A DNA stretch of 64,000 nucleotides from a bacterium (lineage in GTDB: Bacteria; Bacteroidota; Ignavibacteria; UBA10030). Below the pieces are notes generated by a model that saw only the letters and a list, made by a program, of their open reading frames with translations, had not been told where the DNA came from and made no database searches. Position numbers and translations under genes: made by a program. The stretch lies in assembly GCA_043803945.1 (NCBI GenBank), contig JAZDJN010000091.1, positions 77,128 through 141,127 of the forward strand, written 5' to 3'. This document shows positions 1 through 12,874 of this stretch, in pieces. Every line of letters starts with the position of its first letter. Position 1 is the first letter of the stretch.

Positions 1-903
1 CTTCCCTGCAACATTCGCCATGGCAAAATGCCTGCTGCCGATGAGTTTACCATCCCGTACCCGAAAGACGACACCGAAAGCATCGTCATCTTTCAGAGCG
101 ACGCCGAGGATATCACGATCCACCTTATTGGGATCGAGAACTTTTTGCCGCTGAGAATACACCGAGAGGGCGCGCAGCCGATCACGCGTCATGGCAGCGT
201 CCTCAAACCGGAGATTCCCGGCATGCTCTTCCATTTCTTGATGGAGCACAACGACGACAGATTCTGTCTTCCCTCTGAGGATCTGTGCTACCTTCTCAAT
301 CATCGCATGGTACTTCTCCCGGGTAACGTACCCCTCACACGGTCCGTCACATTTTTTTATGTGATAATCCAGGCAGATTTTAAACTTCCCGGCGGTAATG
401 GACTCCGCTGACAAATCGTAATTGCAGCTCCGGATCATAAAAATATCACGTACCGTTTTGAGTGCAGAACGCATGGAACGGACATCGGTATAGGGGCCGA
501 AGTATCGCGAGCCATCATTCACGATGCGGCGGGTGACAAAGACTCGTGGAAATGGTTCATTGGTGATGATAATATAGGGAAAACTTTTATCATCCTTGAG
601 GATCACATTGTAGCGCGGCTTCAGCTTCTTAATGAGGTTCGCTTCAAGAATGAGCGCCTCAATTTCTGAATCGGTGACAATGATTTCCAGGTCGCGGATC
701 TTCCCAACAAGGGCATCCGTCTTGGGATCAGTCAGGCGGGATTTATGGAAGTATTGCCGAACGCGGGAGCGAAGATTTTGCGCCTTTCCGACATAGATCA
801 CCTTCCCTTCGCTGTTCTTGAACTGATAGACTCCGGGTGTGAGGGGAAGAGCATCGAGTTTTTCCCGCAGTCCCCATTGACTATTGTCGAATTGAATATC
901 CAT
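1..903 (-). CDS. uvrC: Excinuclease ABC subunit C, 5' part (runs off the window start)
   Basis: Not in the ORF track. Hand translation from ATG at 903 gives MDIQFDNSQWGLREKLDALPLTPGVYQFKNSEGKVIYVGKAQNLRSRVRQYF, followed by the EALILEANLIKKLKPRYNV..KDDKSFPYI GIY-YIG motifs typical of UvrC. Confidence 0.93.
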   Translation of the reverse strand, partial: MDIQFDNSQWGLREKLDALPLTPGVYQFKNSEGKVIYVGKAQNLRSRVRQYFHKSRLTDPKTDALVGKIRDLEIIVTDSEIEALILEANLIKKLKPRYNVILKDDKSFPYIIITNEPFPRVFVTRRIVNDGSRYFGPYTDVRSMRSALKTVRDIFMIRSCNYDLSAESITAGKFKICLDYHIKKCDGPCEGYVTREKYHAMIEKVAQILRGKTESVVVVLHQEMEEHAGNLRFEDAAMTRDRLRALSVYSQRQKVLDPNKVDRDILGVALKDDDAFGVVFRVRDGKLIGSRHFAMANVAGK

Positions 904-924
904 GACAATAATTGGTGTACTCTG

Positions 925-1824
925 TTAATCAGGAGAATAACCGAGCCGCTTGAGTTGGGCTTCGTTCTCGCGCCATTTTTCTTTTACCTTGACATGGAGT
1001 TCAAGAAAAACAGGTTTCTGGATAAAGCTTTCGATTGCGCCCCGTGCCTGTTCGCCAAGCGTTTTTAGCGCTTCCGCCCGCTTCCCGATCAGGATTCCCT
1101 TTTGAGAATCGCGTTCGACTATAATGTCCGCTCGTATAAGGGTTTTCCCGACGGCCCTTTCCTTGAACTCAAGAATTTCAACGGCTGTGGAATAGGGAAT
1201 TTCTTCCCAGAACATTTCAAATATTTTCTCCCGAATCAGCTCAGCAACGAAAAATCGTTCCGGCTGTTCGCTGATCTCATCCAGAGGATAATATGGAGGA
1301 TGTTCCGGCAGCTTCCGCTCAATTGTTTTCAACAAGTCGTCGAGATTCTCAAGCTTCAAGGCAGAGATGGGGATGATTTCGGTAAACTGGTTGCGTTGAG
1401 AAAATGCATCGATCATCGGCAGGGCCGCCTTCTTATCATCAATGTCGATTTTATTGATAACCAGGAGACATTCTTTTATGCCTCGAGAGCGTTGAAGAAT
1501 TTGTTCCACGGGTTCAGGCAGTTCCAATCCATGGGAGAGATCGGTCATCACGAGAATGAGATCTGCATCATTGATCGCCAGCTCCGCACTTAGCATCATT
1601 TTTTTTTGAAGCAGGTAGCGTGGATTCAGCAGACCGGGCGTATCGAGAAAGATGATCTGGCATGTTTTAGTACTCAGGATGCCAAGAACGCGCTGCCTCG
1701 TGGTCTGAGGTTTGGGAGTAACAATGGAGAGCTTCTGCTGGAGCAGGGCATTTAATAAGGTGGATTTACCGACATTCGGCTCACCGATGATTGCGACGTA
1801 GCCAGATTTGAATTGTGGTTCCAT
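925..1824 (-). CDS. era: GTPase Era
   Basis: GEPNVGKST, TPKPQTTR, DTPG, NKID, ISAL and KH-domain ILIGK motifs. ATG at 1824 preferred over the TTG start at 1836. Confidence 0.97.
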   Translation of the reverse strand: MEPQFKSGYVAIIGEPNVGKSTLLNALLQQKLSIVTPKPQTTRQRVLGILSTKTCQIIFLDTPGLLNPRYLLQKKMMLSAELAINDADLILVMTDLSHGLELPEPVEQILQRSRGIKECLLVINKIDIDDKKAALPMIDAFSQRNQFTEIIPISALKLENLDDLLKTIERKLPEHPPYYPLDEISEQPERFFVAELIREKIFEMFWEEIPYSTAVEILEFKERAVGKTLIRADIIVERDSQKGILIGKRAEALKTLGEQARGAIESFIQKPVFLELHVKVKEKWRENEAQLKRLGYSPD

Positions 1825-1847
1825 AGCTCCTGACAAGTAAGAAAAAA

Positions 1848-1966
1848 AACCACTAAGGACACGAAGGAAGAACTGTAAAAATGAAAATATTTCAAATCAA
1901 TTTAATTCCATTATATGCTTTGTGTCCTTCTCAACCAGAGGCTGATGCACCTCTGGTGCAGTGGTT
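1848..1966. repeat. Palindromic intergenic element with a nested 30-bp hairpin insertion
   Basis: Left arm AACCACTAAGGACACGAAG. Right arm CTTTGTGTCCTT[1930-1959]AGTGGTT. The insert holds the stem ACCAGAGG/CCTCTGGT. Confidence 0.7.
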
Positions 1967-1992
1967 GGATTTTCCTTCCAAGCTACGAGAAA

Positions 1993-5446
<3,454 letters not shown>

Positions 5447-5482
5447 GAGTCTCTTCTTTTAAAAAGTGAAAAACGTGCGAAG

Positions 5483-5511
5483 AATATACCCAATTTTCGT
5501 ACTCCAATCAA
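5483..5511 (-). promoter_or_regulatory. Putative sigma70-type promoter of secA
   Basis: Minus strand TTGATT-N17-TATATT, about 37 bp upstream of the start codon. Confidence 0.5.
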
Positions 5512-5608
5512 GAAACGGAGAACTGATGAATTGATTGCATTTGTAGGATTTTCCATCCACATTTTGGCACAATTACGCATCCTCCACCTTCTTTACTGAT
5601 GAGATCAT

Positions 5609-7117
5609 ATGAATCCCGGAAGAATAACTTCTTGTTCTCAAAGACAAATCAAGCAATCGCTTACTCTATTGTTGCTGAGCCTGCTCCTCACCAGCTGCTC
5701 TTCCTTCTCTCCATTCGGGGGTAACCGTGATCCTCTCAGTCAACTGCGGAGCGATATTGATCAGGTACTGAGAGATTCCATTTTTATTCCTTCTCAGGTG
5801 AGCATCAAAATCTCTTCAATCCAGTCAGGTGAACTTCTTTTTGAACGCAACAGTAAACTCCTCATCCGGCCGGCCTCGAATATGAAGCTTCTCACCAGTG
5901 CTACAGCCCTGGCAATACTTGGTACGTCCTATTCATTCTCGACGGTGATTTCGAGCGACTCAATTCTCTCTGATGGAACAGTTCTCGGGAATGTCTACCT
6001 GAAGGGATTCGGGAATCCCGATCTCCTCAGTGCCGACATTGAGCAATTCGCGGCGCAGATCAAAGATAACGGCATAAAGCGCATTATGGGGGGCGTTGTG
6101 GCTGACGTCTCCTTTTTCGATGATTTGTTTTGGGGACAGGGCTGGCAATGGGATGATGAACCATATGATTATGCGGCGTTTATCTCTCCACTGACGGTCA
6201 ATGATAACTGTATTCGAGTCATAATTACTCCCGGATCGAACGCAGGAGAACCGACGATCATCACCACCGATCCCAACACGGAATACATCACACTTCAAAA
6301 CCAGACAAGGACTGTATCTGACACTGCAAGAAAGAGGATACAAATTCAAAGGCTTTTCGCGGAACACTCCAACACGATTGTTGTCACCGGTGAAATCGTT
6401 GTCGGAGCAAAACCCGTTCGAGAAATTACGACAGTATGGAAACCGGAACTGTACACCGCTCAACTCTTCCATGAAGCACTCATCCGCAACGGTATGTCAA
6501 TCCAGCGCACTCCATCAATAGGAATCGCTCCTGTGGGTAAAACTCTTGTACAGCACAACCGCAGCATCGATTCCTTGGTCATCAATCTTAATAAAATCAG
6601 TGACAACCTTTCTGCGGAAATGACTTTAAAAACACTCGGGGCTGTGCGCCGAGGAACGCCAGGTACGGCTCGAAACGGGATTTATGTTGTGAATGAGTTC
6701 TTAAACACACTCGGCATCGATACAACAGCATATACCATTGCTGATGGCTCGGGCCTCTCCTATTACACACTTCTGACGACAGAGATGATTCTCAAACTGC
6801 TTCAGGGAATGGCGAAGAATAAAGAGCTCTTCCCTTTGTACTATAAATCGCTGCCAATCGCCGGCGTTGATGGTACGCTGAGAACTCGTATGAAAGGGAG
6901 TGCCGCGGAGAAGAATCTCCGGGCAAAGACAGGATCGATTAGCGGCGTCAGTTCGCTCTCTGGATACGTAATATCGAAGGATGGAGAATTAATCGCCTTC
7001 TCCATGTCGATGCAGAATTTTATCTACCCGATGTCCCTCTATCGCAAGGCACAGGATCAGATTGGAGTTCTGCTTGCAAACTTTAGCAGAGAGCGTGTGA
7101 GCCTGTCTACGCGTTAA
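5609..7117 (+). CDS. dacB: D-Ala-D-Ala carboxypeptidase/endopeptidase PBP4 (peptidase S13), probable lipoprotein
   Basis: PASNMK (SxxK), SDN, DGSGLS, AGVDGTL and KTG motifs. Lipobox-like LLTSC. Confidence 0.95.
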   Translation: MNPGRITSCSQRQIKQSLTLLLLSLLLTSCSSFSPFGGNRDPLSQLRSDIDQVLRDSIFIPSQVSIKISSIQSGELLFERNSKLLIRPASNMKLLTSATALAILGTSYSFSTVISSDSILSDGTVLGNVYLKGFGNPDLLSADIEQFAAQIKDNGIKRIMGGVVADVSFFDDLFWGQGWQWDDEPYDYAAFISPLTVNDNCIRVIITPGSNAGEPTIITTDPNTEYITLQNQTRTVSDTARKRIQIQRLFAEHSNTIVVTGEIVVGAKPVREITTVWKPELYTAQLFHEALIRNGMSIQRTPSIGIAPVGKTLVQHNRSIDSLVINLNKISDNLSAEMTLKTLGAVRRGTPGTARNGIYVVNEFLNTLGIDTTAYTIADGSGLSYYTLLTTEMILKLLQGMAKNKELFPLYYKSLPIAGVDGTLRTRMKGSAAEKNLRAKTGSISGVSSLSGYVISKDGELIAFSMSMQNFIYPMSLYRKAQDQIGVLLANFSRERVSLSTR

Positions 7118-7181
7118 TTGGACTTTGTCTGCTGAGAATCCATTTGAGTTTGCCACGACTTTTGTCTAAGTTCATTACGAG

Positions 7182-8159
7182 ATGAACAGAGTAACACTAT
7201 ATCGCACAAGGGCCCTGGTGCTCACGTTTTTTTTCTTCGCTTTTGTCGCTGCGCAATCGATAAAACCACCATCAACGCAGCCTGCTCGAGTTCCGAAGAC
7301 ACAACCATTGCAGTTTGATGAACAACAGGCATTCCGGTATCTCACCAAACAGACTTCCTTTGGACCAAGACATCCGGGTTCGAAGGGGCATGCTCAGTGC
7401 CAGGAATACCTGGAAAAGGAATTACAGCGACTGAGTGATGCCGTGCAACTGCAAACCTTTACCTATCTGGCAGCCGACGGCAAAGCCTACCAGCTTACAA
7501 ATATTATCTCTTCGTTCAATCTCAATGCCACAAAGCGCATCCTCCTCACCGCACACTGGGATACCAGGGCAGTTGCCGATAAAGACACTGAGGAGAAAAA
7601 CAGGACCAGGCCTATCCTCGGTGCCAACGATGGTGCCAGTGGTGTGGCTGTGCTGCTGGAAATTGCACGACAAATGAAATTGCTTGCACCCCCCATCGGG
7701 GTTGATCTCATTCTCTTTGATGGCGAGGATGTTGGAACCTCTGGGAAACCAGAAACTTTTTGCACCGGATCCAGATATTTTGCCAAGAATAAGGCCCAGG
7801 GATTCCGGCCCCGATTCGCCATCAATCTCGATATGATCGGCGATGCGGTGCTGGAGATAAAGCGGGAACAATATTCGGATCAGTATGCCCGAGATGTCGT
7901 CGATCTGGTTTTCAAATCAGCAGCAGAGGTCGGCAGCGTTCAATTCAAGAATGTTCCGGGTTTTCAAGTGTACGACGACCATGTACCACTCAATGAAGCT
8001 GGCATTCGTTCTATTGATCTCATCGATTTTGACTATCCCAACAGTGAAAAAAACTACTGGCATACCTTGGAGGATACCCCCATTCATTGCAGTCCGAAGA
8101 GCCTGGGTGCCGTAGGAAAAGCTCTGATCCATCTTCTCTACTCGCAAGGAGCGCAATAG
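7182..8159 (+). CDS. M28 family zinc peptidase / glutaminyl-cyclase-like protein, secreted
   Basis: AHWDTR, GANDGASG, FDGED, DMIGD, DDH and YWHT motifs. N-terminal signal peptide. Confidence 0.88.
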   Translation: MNRVTLYRTRALVLTFFFFAFVAAQSIKPPSTQPARVPKTQPLQFDEQQAFRYLTKQTSFGPRHPGSKGHAQCQEYLEKELQRLSDAVQLQTFTYLAADGKAYQLTNIISSFNLNATKRILLTAHWDTRAVADKDTEEKNRTRPILGANDGASGVAVLLEIARQMKLLAPPIGVDLILFDGEDVGTSGKPETFCTGSRYFAKNKAQGFRPRFAINLDMIGDAVLEIKREQYSDQYARDVVDLVFKSAAEVGSVQFKNVPGFQVYDDHVPLNEAGIRSIDLIDFDYPNSEKNYWHTLEDTPIHCSPKSLGAVGKALIHLLYSQGAQ

Positions 8160-8163
8160 CACC

Positions 8164-8841
8164 ATGGCACATCAACACCCACTATCCTTCGGGCGATACG
8201 AGACTTATAGAATTCTCATCCCGGGATTCTACTTTACAACACTGCTTTCACTGCTGTTCTGGTCGGCTTTTCCTTATGTCTATCCGGTGCCATTGTTTTC
8301 CGAATTGATCTTTATCATCCTGTTTTCCACCATCCTCATCATTGCCGGCCTATCGCTTTACGCAAAGGAAACGACGAAACGTCGGAAGGCGTTTTTAGAG
8401 AATCAGCCCAGCCAATACTTGCAGGGCAAAGTCCGCACGATGGCCGATGTGCCTGTGCTCGAGGATGATGAAGCCCGAAGATTGTACTTTTACATCCTCA
8501 ATAATCACATCCCGGCAACCTTTCACGAAAAGATATTCTTTTTTGGTACGGTGTATCACATCATGATTCAGATTCGCCGGACATCGTTTGGATTTGCCCT
8601 TCTCGGAACAGCAATGATGGCGATCTTTCTCTCCGCTGGGATGACAATGGGATCCCTTCATGGACTCGTCATCTTCACTGCGGCAGTGTGGCTCGTCTAC
8701 CTTTTGAATGTTCGCTATAATAAAGCCGATAGAAAAATGCAGGAAAATTATCAGGATCAAATCTATTGGCTTCAAATGCATAACGATCTCATCGAAGAGA
8801 TTATTCGAAAACGTTCAACTTCCCCAACACAAAGCGTATGA
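8164..8841 (+). CDS. Hypothetical membrane protein (~4 TM helices)
   Basis: Two pairs of hydrophobic segments. Operonic spacing, with an ATGA overlap with prmA. Confidence 0.7.
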   Translation: MAHQHPLSFGRYETYRILIPGFYFTTLLSLLFWSAFPYVYPVPLFSELIFIILFSTILIIAGLSLYAKETTKRRKAFLENQPSQYLQGKVRTMADVPVLEDDEARRLYFYILNNHIPATFHEKIFFFGTVYHIMIQIRRTSFGFALLGTAMMAIFLSAGMTMGSLHGLVIFTAAVWLVYLLNVRYNKADRKMQENYQDQIYWLQMHNDLIEEIIRKRSTSPTQSV

Positions 8842-9719
8842 AACACGAATCCTGGATTCAAATCGGCCTTTCGATCCCCTCATCACACCATGACCTCATC
8901 ACCGGTCAACTCTCCAGCTTAGGATTTGGCGGATTCCTACAGGAAGAGATCTCTCTCTTCTGTTACATCGAGCAGAAACGATGGACAAAGACTGTCGAGA
9001 AGTCATTAAAAAGGCTCCTCGATCAATTCTCAGCGGAATTCCCAGAGGCTTCAACAAAGATTTCAAAGAAAACGATCGTCATGAAGAATTGGAATGCCGA
9101 ATGGGAAAAATCTATTGGGATCATTGAAGCCACGCATCGTATAATCATCAAACCGTCCTGGAAGAAACTTCGCAAGAAAGATAAGGGCAAGATCATTATT
9201 GAGATCGACCCTAAAATGGCATTCGGAACAGGTCATCACGAAACAACGCGTCTTTCTCTCACGCTTCTCGAGGAATATATCGAGAAGGGAATGAAGGTTC
9301 TCGATTTTGGTACCGGCACAGGAATCCTGGCAATTGCCGCGGCAAAACTGGGTGCATCGTTTGTCGTCGCTATTGATAATGATCCATGGGCCATTGACAA
9401 TGCGAAAGAAAATGTCCGCAAGAATAAAGTCAGCAACTCGATTACGTTAAAAACAGGCGACATCAGCAAGGCAGGGAGAACACACTTCGATCTGGTTATC
9501 GCCAATATTGATTTGCCCACGATTACCAAGATCTTTCCACAGCTACTTTCAACGTTGAAGGTTGGATGTGATCTCATCCTTTCGGGAATCCTTGAAACCG
9601 ACTTGCCTCAGTTTGTTGACTTCCTCTCTAATCAGGGAGCAGTGCCGCTTGAAATTCTTAATGAAAATGAATGGATTGCCATCGCATTAACCAAGGCGGA
9701 TGCGAATCTCAGCGATTGA
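8838..9719 (+). CDS. prmA: Ribosomal protein L11 methyltransferase
   Basis: NWNAEWEK, IDPKMAFGTGHHETT, LDFGTGTGILAI, ANI and LILSGIL motifs. Confidence 0.95.
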   Translation: MKHESWIQIGLSIPSSHHDLITGQLSSLGFGGFLQEEISLFCYIEQKRWTKTVEKSLKRLLDQFSAEFPEASTKISKKTIVMKNWNAEWEKSIGIIEATHRIIIKPSWKKLRKKDKGKIIIEIDPKMAFGTGHHETTRLSLTLLEEYIEKGMKVLDFGTGTGILAIAAAKLGASFVVAIDNDPWAIDNAKENVRKNKVSNSITLKTGDISKAGRTHFDLVIANIDLPTITKIFPQLLSTLKVGCDLILSGILETDLPQFVDFLSNQGAVPLEILNENEWIAIALTKADANLSD

Positions 9720-9840
9720 CATTGACACCAATACGATTCTCATGCTCATCGCTGAGATAGACCGGCATGGGAAGGTGTACACTATCCGGGATGAACAGAC
9801 TATGCCACGCCTGGGAAAAGGTGTCGATGCCGGAGGAGAT
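9700..9840 (+). pseudogene. ppx: Truncated Ppx/GppA phosphatase, N-terminal fragment
   Basis: MRISAIDIDTNTILMLIAE...PRLGKGVD matches the Ppx/GppA N-terminus (DIGTNT..RLG.GVD), with G replaced by D in the motif. Similarity ends after ~46 aa at the convergent desulfurase 3' end. Confidence 0.75.
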
Positions 9841-9844
9841 GATC

Positions 9845-11011
9845 TCAGGCAGTTTTTAATGAGAGTTGTCGCTGAATTACTCTTTGAAGTGCATTCAATG
9901 CATATTCGACTTCTTCAACGGTTGTCATACGGCTCAGAGAGAACCTTATAGTGGCACGTGCTGTTAACGTATCATAACCCATCGCATGCAGAACATGAGA
10001 AGGAAGCAGGCTTCCTGAGGTACAGGCAGAGCCGCTTGTCACCGCCACGCCTTCCAAGTCCATACCCATGATTATCGCTTCGCCATCCAGAGTATAGATC
10101 GTAGATGGGAAGGAGACACTCAGTATATGCGGGAGCCTCATTTGCGGGTGTCCGTTGATGAGAACTCCGGGATACTCGGCACGAAGTCGATTCTCCATCA
10201 GCAATCGAAGGTGTTCGACATGGCGGACATCCTGTTCCTGCGTCTTCACTGATCGTTCCAATGCCCGGGCAAATCCCACTGCTGCGCAGAGGTTTTCCGT
10301 TCCTGCCCGGCGATTGGATTCCTGTGAGCCTCCCTCAAGAAATGAATTGATCCTGGTGCCTGTTTTAATGACGATCGCTCCGATCCCCTTCGGGCCAAAA
10401 AACTTATGTGCACTGACTGCGGCAAGGTCAATACAAAGCTCATGGAGATTGAGCGGGACTTTTCCAACTGTTTGAACAGTATCGGAATGGACAGGAATGC
10501 CGTACTCTTTCGCAACAGCGACGACATCGTTCACCGGCTGAATCATTCCGATTTCATTGTTACTGTGCATGACTGAAATAAGACCTGTAGTGTTCTTAAT
10601 CAGCTTCCGAATATCATCCGGATTCACCATACCGAATGAGTCGACATGAAGAACGTCAATCTCACACCCTTCAGCAGAGAGTGACTCCACAGTATGGAGC
10701 ACAGCATGGTGCTCAATGGACGAAACGATAAGATGGGTTTTTCCATTCTTCCGGTTCGCGGCAACAATCCCCTTCAGCGCGTGGTTATCCGCCTCAGTGC
10801 CGCCGCTCGTGAAGAAGAGTTCCTGTGTCTCGATACCGAGCAAGCGGGCAATGGCCTCGCGCTGTTCTTCCAGCAATACTCTCGCTTCCCGGCCATAGGC
10901 ATGAATGGACGATGGATTGCCGAAGTATTGAAGAAGGTACGGTTGCATTGCTTCTGCGACCGATGGATCCAGAGGTGTTGTTGCGCTATAATCGAAATAG
11001 ACTCTTTCCAT
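9845..11011 (-). CDS. iscS: Cysteine desulfurase (IscS/NifS type)
   Basis: YFDYSATTP, FTSGGTEA, NNEIG, SAHKFFGPKG, RAGTEN and GSAC motifs. Confidence 0.92.
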   Translation of the reverse strand: MERVYFDYSATTPLDPSVAEAMQPYLLQYFGNPSSIHAYGREARVLLEEQREAIARLLGIETQELFFTSGGTEADNHALKGIVAANRKNGKTHLIVSSIEHHAVLHTVESLSAEGCEIDVLHVDSFGMVNPDDIRKLIKNTTGLISVMHSNNEIGMIQPVNDVVAVAKEYGIPVHSDTVQTVGKVPLNLHELCIDLAAVSAHKFFGPKGIGAIVIKTGTRINSFLEGGSQESNRRAGTENLCAAVGFARALERSVKTQEQDVRHVEHLRLLMENRLRAEYPGVLINGHPQMRLPHILSVSFPSTIYTLDGEAIIMGMDLEGVAVTSGSACTSGSLLPSHVLHAMGYDTLTARATIRFSLSRMTTVEEVEYALNALQRVIQRQLSLKTA

Positions 11012-11045
11012 AGATCGATTCTGCTCTTATTGTGTTAATAAGGTA

Positions 11046-11078
11046 ACAAAAAAGCCGGTCAAATAGTGTGGCCGGCTT
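11046..11078 (-). terminator. Rho-independent terminator after the ECF operon
   Basis: Minus strand AAGCCGGCCA-loop-TGACCGGCTT followed by TTTT. Confidence 0.75.
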
Positions 11079-11105
11079 ACCTGTCTAGAACGAGGGGAGT
11101 AAACC

Positions 11106-11594
11106 TTATTGCATTTGTCTCATTGGTCTTGGTGCGTCCCGCATAATATTCATCAGTTCACGAGTGAATTTTAATTCAAAGACGAGATATTCGAATATCT
11201 GTTTTGCACTGAGAATTTCGTGGAGTTTGTCGATGTATTTTTTCTTGGTATCCTGGGCCAATTGTTCCAGATCCTGTAATTCCTGAAGTGCCTTTTCATA
11301 ATCCGCATTTGATACTTTTGCAGCACGCCATGTTATTGCCTGCTTGACGATCCCCTCCTGCTTTTGCTGAATCTCCCGAATGGCGTCACGATGTTCATTA
11401 TAACGGACGATAAACTTCAATGAGGTCTCTTCATCAAGCTTCAACACTTCCAGCATTCTCATTTTTTTAAATTGTTCAGCGCGTTCCATCGCTTGTCGAG
11501 GCATCATCTGCGGCCGATTTTGTGCAACAGCCCAATGCCCTGCGAAGAAGATCAACAAGCTCCACGGTAGCAGAACTCTCAGCAGTGATTTCAT
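11106..11594 (-). CDS. Periplasmic helical protein, Spy/CpxP-like
   Basis: Signal peptide, LKLDEE and ILSAKQ (LTxxQ-like) motifs. Third gene of the ECF operon, with an ATGA overlap. Confidence 0.65.
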   Translation of the reverse strand: MKSLLRVLLPWSLLIFFAGHWAVAQNRPQMMPRQAMERAEQFKKMRMLEVLKLDEETSLKFIVRYNEHRDAIREIQQKQEGIVKQAITWRAAKVSNADYEKALQELQDLEQLAQDTKKKYIDKLHEILSAKQIFEYLVFELKFTRELMNIMRDAPRPMRQMQ

Positions 11595-12229
11595 GGGATA
11601 ATCCTTTCTCCTAATCGTTCCAGAAGAGTGTTCAATTCCGATTCCGATATGCTCTCAAGTTGGATAGAGGTTCCATTATTCAGAGTATTCGATAATAATC
11701 CGGACATTGCAGGCACTTGTTCCTCCAAGAGATCGATCGATAAAGCCTTGCTGCCAATTTCCGATAACGCTTCGTGAGTCGATGTCGTTGCGTCCAGTGG
11801 TTGAAAACTGAACTGATCCAGTGCAGCTTCCGTAAGATCACTCATAGTCATATCCTGCATGGCCGCTGCAAGGCCATTATCCACAGTCTCAAAAGTACCC
11901 TTGGGATAGTCCAAATTGATGAGCAAAATAACCAGAGCGGCGGCAGCAACAACCGGAGCCATGCGTTGAAGGATGGAAGAATACAATGAGATTCTGAACA
12001 ATGTCGGCTTCTCGATCCGTTCTCGCACACGAGGTACGATTGTGGAAAAATAGCCGCTCGGAACGATAGGATGTTTCCCCGCCTCAAGCTGTGTGAACAG
12101 TGACCGCAGCGCATCAGATTCCTGCCGGCACTTCGCACAGCTCAGCAAATGGTTCTCGACCGCCTTTGAGGTTTCTCCATCCAACGTACCGTTGAGAAAA
12201 TCAGGGAGTATTTCTTCAATGTGTTTCAT
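11591..12229 (-). CDS. Zinc-binding (ZAS/zf-HC2) membrane anti-sigma factor
   Basis: HLLSCAKC (HxxxCxxC) followed by one TM segment. Overlaps the sigma gene. Confidence 0.88.
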   Translation of the reverse strand: MKHIEEILPDFLNGTLDGETSKAVENHLLSCAKCRQESDALRSLFTQLEAGKHPIVPSGYFSTIVPRVRERIEKPTLFRISLYSSILQRMAPVVAAAALVILLINLDYPKGTFETVDNGLAAAMQDMTMSDLTEAALDQFSFQPLDATTSTHEALSEIGSKALSIDLLEEQVPAMSGLLSNTLNNGTSIQLESISESELNTLLERLGERIIP

Positions 12230-12773
12230 TGGCCTTCTTTACAAAATCTTGAATTTTACGAATCGCATGAAAATAGTTTGCTTTCAATCCACCAACGGAG
12301 GTCTTCAATATCTTGGCAATTTCTTCATACGGCAACTCATCATAGTAGCGAAGAAGAAAGACAGCCTTTTGTTGTTTTGGTAATGTCGCTATAGCTTTCG
12401 TAATCAGTTCGCGCTGCTCTTCACGCTCAAGAATCCAATCCGGAGGATCGCTTTCGACATCCTCTGTATCGAAGAGTTCATCAATACGAAAAAAATCTCT
12501 TACTTTTTGTCTGCGAATCGAGTTCAGCGCAATATTGATGGTAATCCGATACAGCCAGGTATAAATTGAGGATTCACCCCGGAATCCACCAAACGATTCA
12601 TACGCTTTGACGAATACTTCCTGTGTGATATCGTCGGCTTGATCATGATCGTTGACATATTTCCGTGCAAGCCAATAGACCTTTTCCTGGTATTTCAACA
12701 CAATCCGGTTAAATGCTGACTCGTTCCCTTGTTGAAATTCCTCAATAAGTTGCGCGTCCGAATATTCTGCCAT
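12216..12773 (-). CDS. ECF RNA polymerase sigma factor (RpoE-like)
   Basis: ADDITQEVFVKAY, TWLYRITIN and region 4 LPYEEIAKIL motifs. Confidence 0.95.
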   Translation of the reverse strand: MAEYSDAQLIEEFQQGNESAFNRIVLKYQEKVYWLARKYVNDHDQADDITQEVFVKAYESFGGFRGESSIYTWLYRITINIALNSIRRQKVRDFFRIDELFDTEDVESDPPDWILEREEQRELITKAIATLPKQQKAVFLLRYYDELPYEEIAKILKTSVGGLKANYFHAIRKIQDFVKKANETH

Positions 12774-12796
12774 GGAGTCTTATGGTTACACAGAAG

Positions 12797-12824
12797 TTTG
12801 ACAGAGCACTGAAATAAAAGTTTA
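12797..12824 (-). promoter_or_regulatory. Putative autoregulatory ECF (sigmaE-like) promoter
   Basis: Minus strand TAAACTT-N15-GTCAAA, 24 bp upstream of the sigma ATG. Resembles the GGAACTT...GTCAAA consensus. Confidence 0.55.
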
Positions 12825-12874
12825 AGAGCCAAACCGATATTCTCCCCTTCGAAAACGTTGAGAATCGGCACTTA

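Noticed and set aside
5565-5580. Sigma54 promoter TGGCAC...GC upstream of dacB
   Set aside because: The GG-to-GC spacing is one base short of the strict -24/-12 requirement.
9841-9951. C-terminal half of the 83-aa ppx ORF as real coding sequence
   Set aside because: It is read-through antisense to the desulfurase 3' end, with no Ppx similarity.
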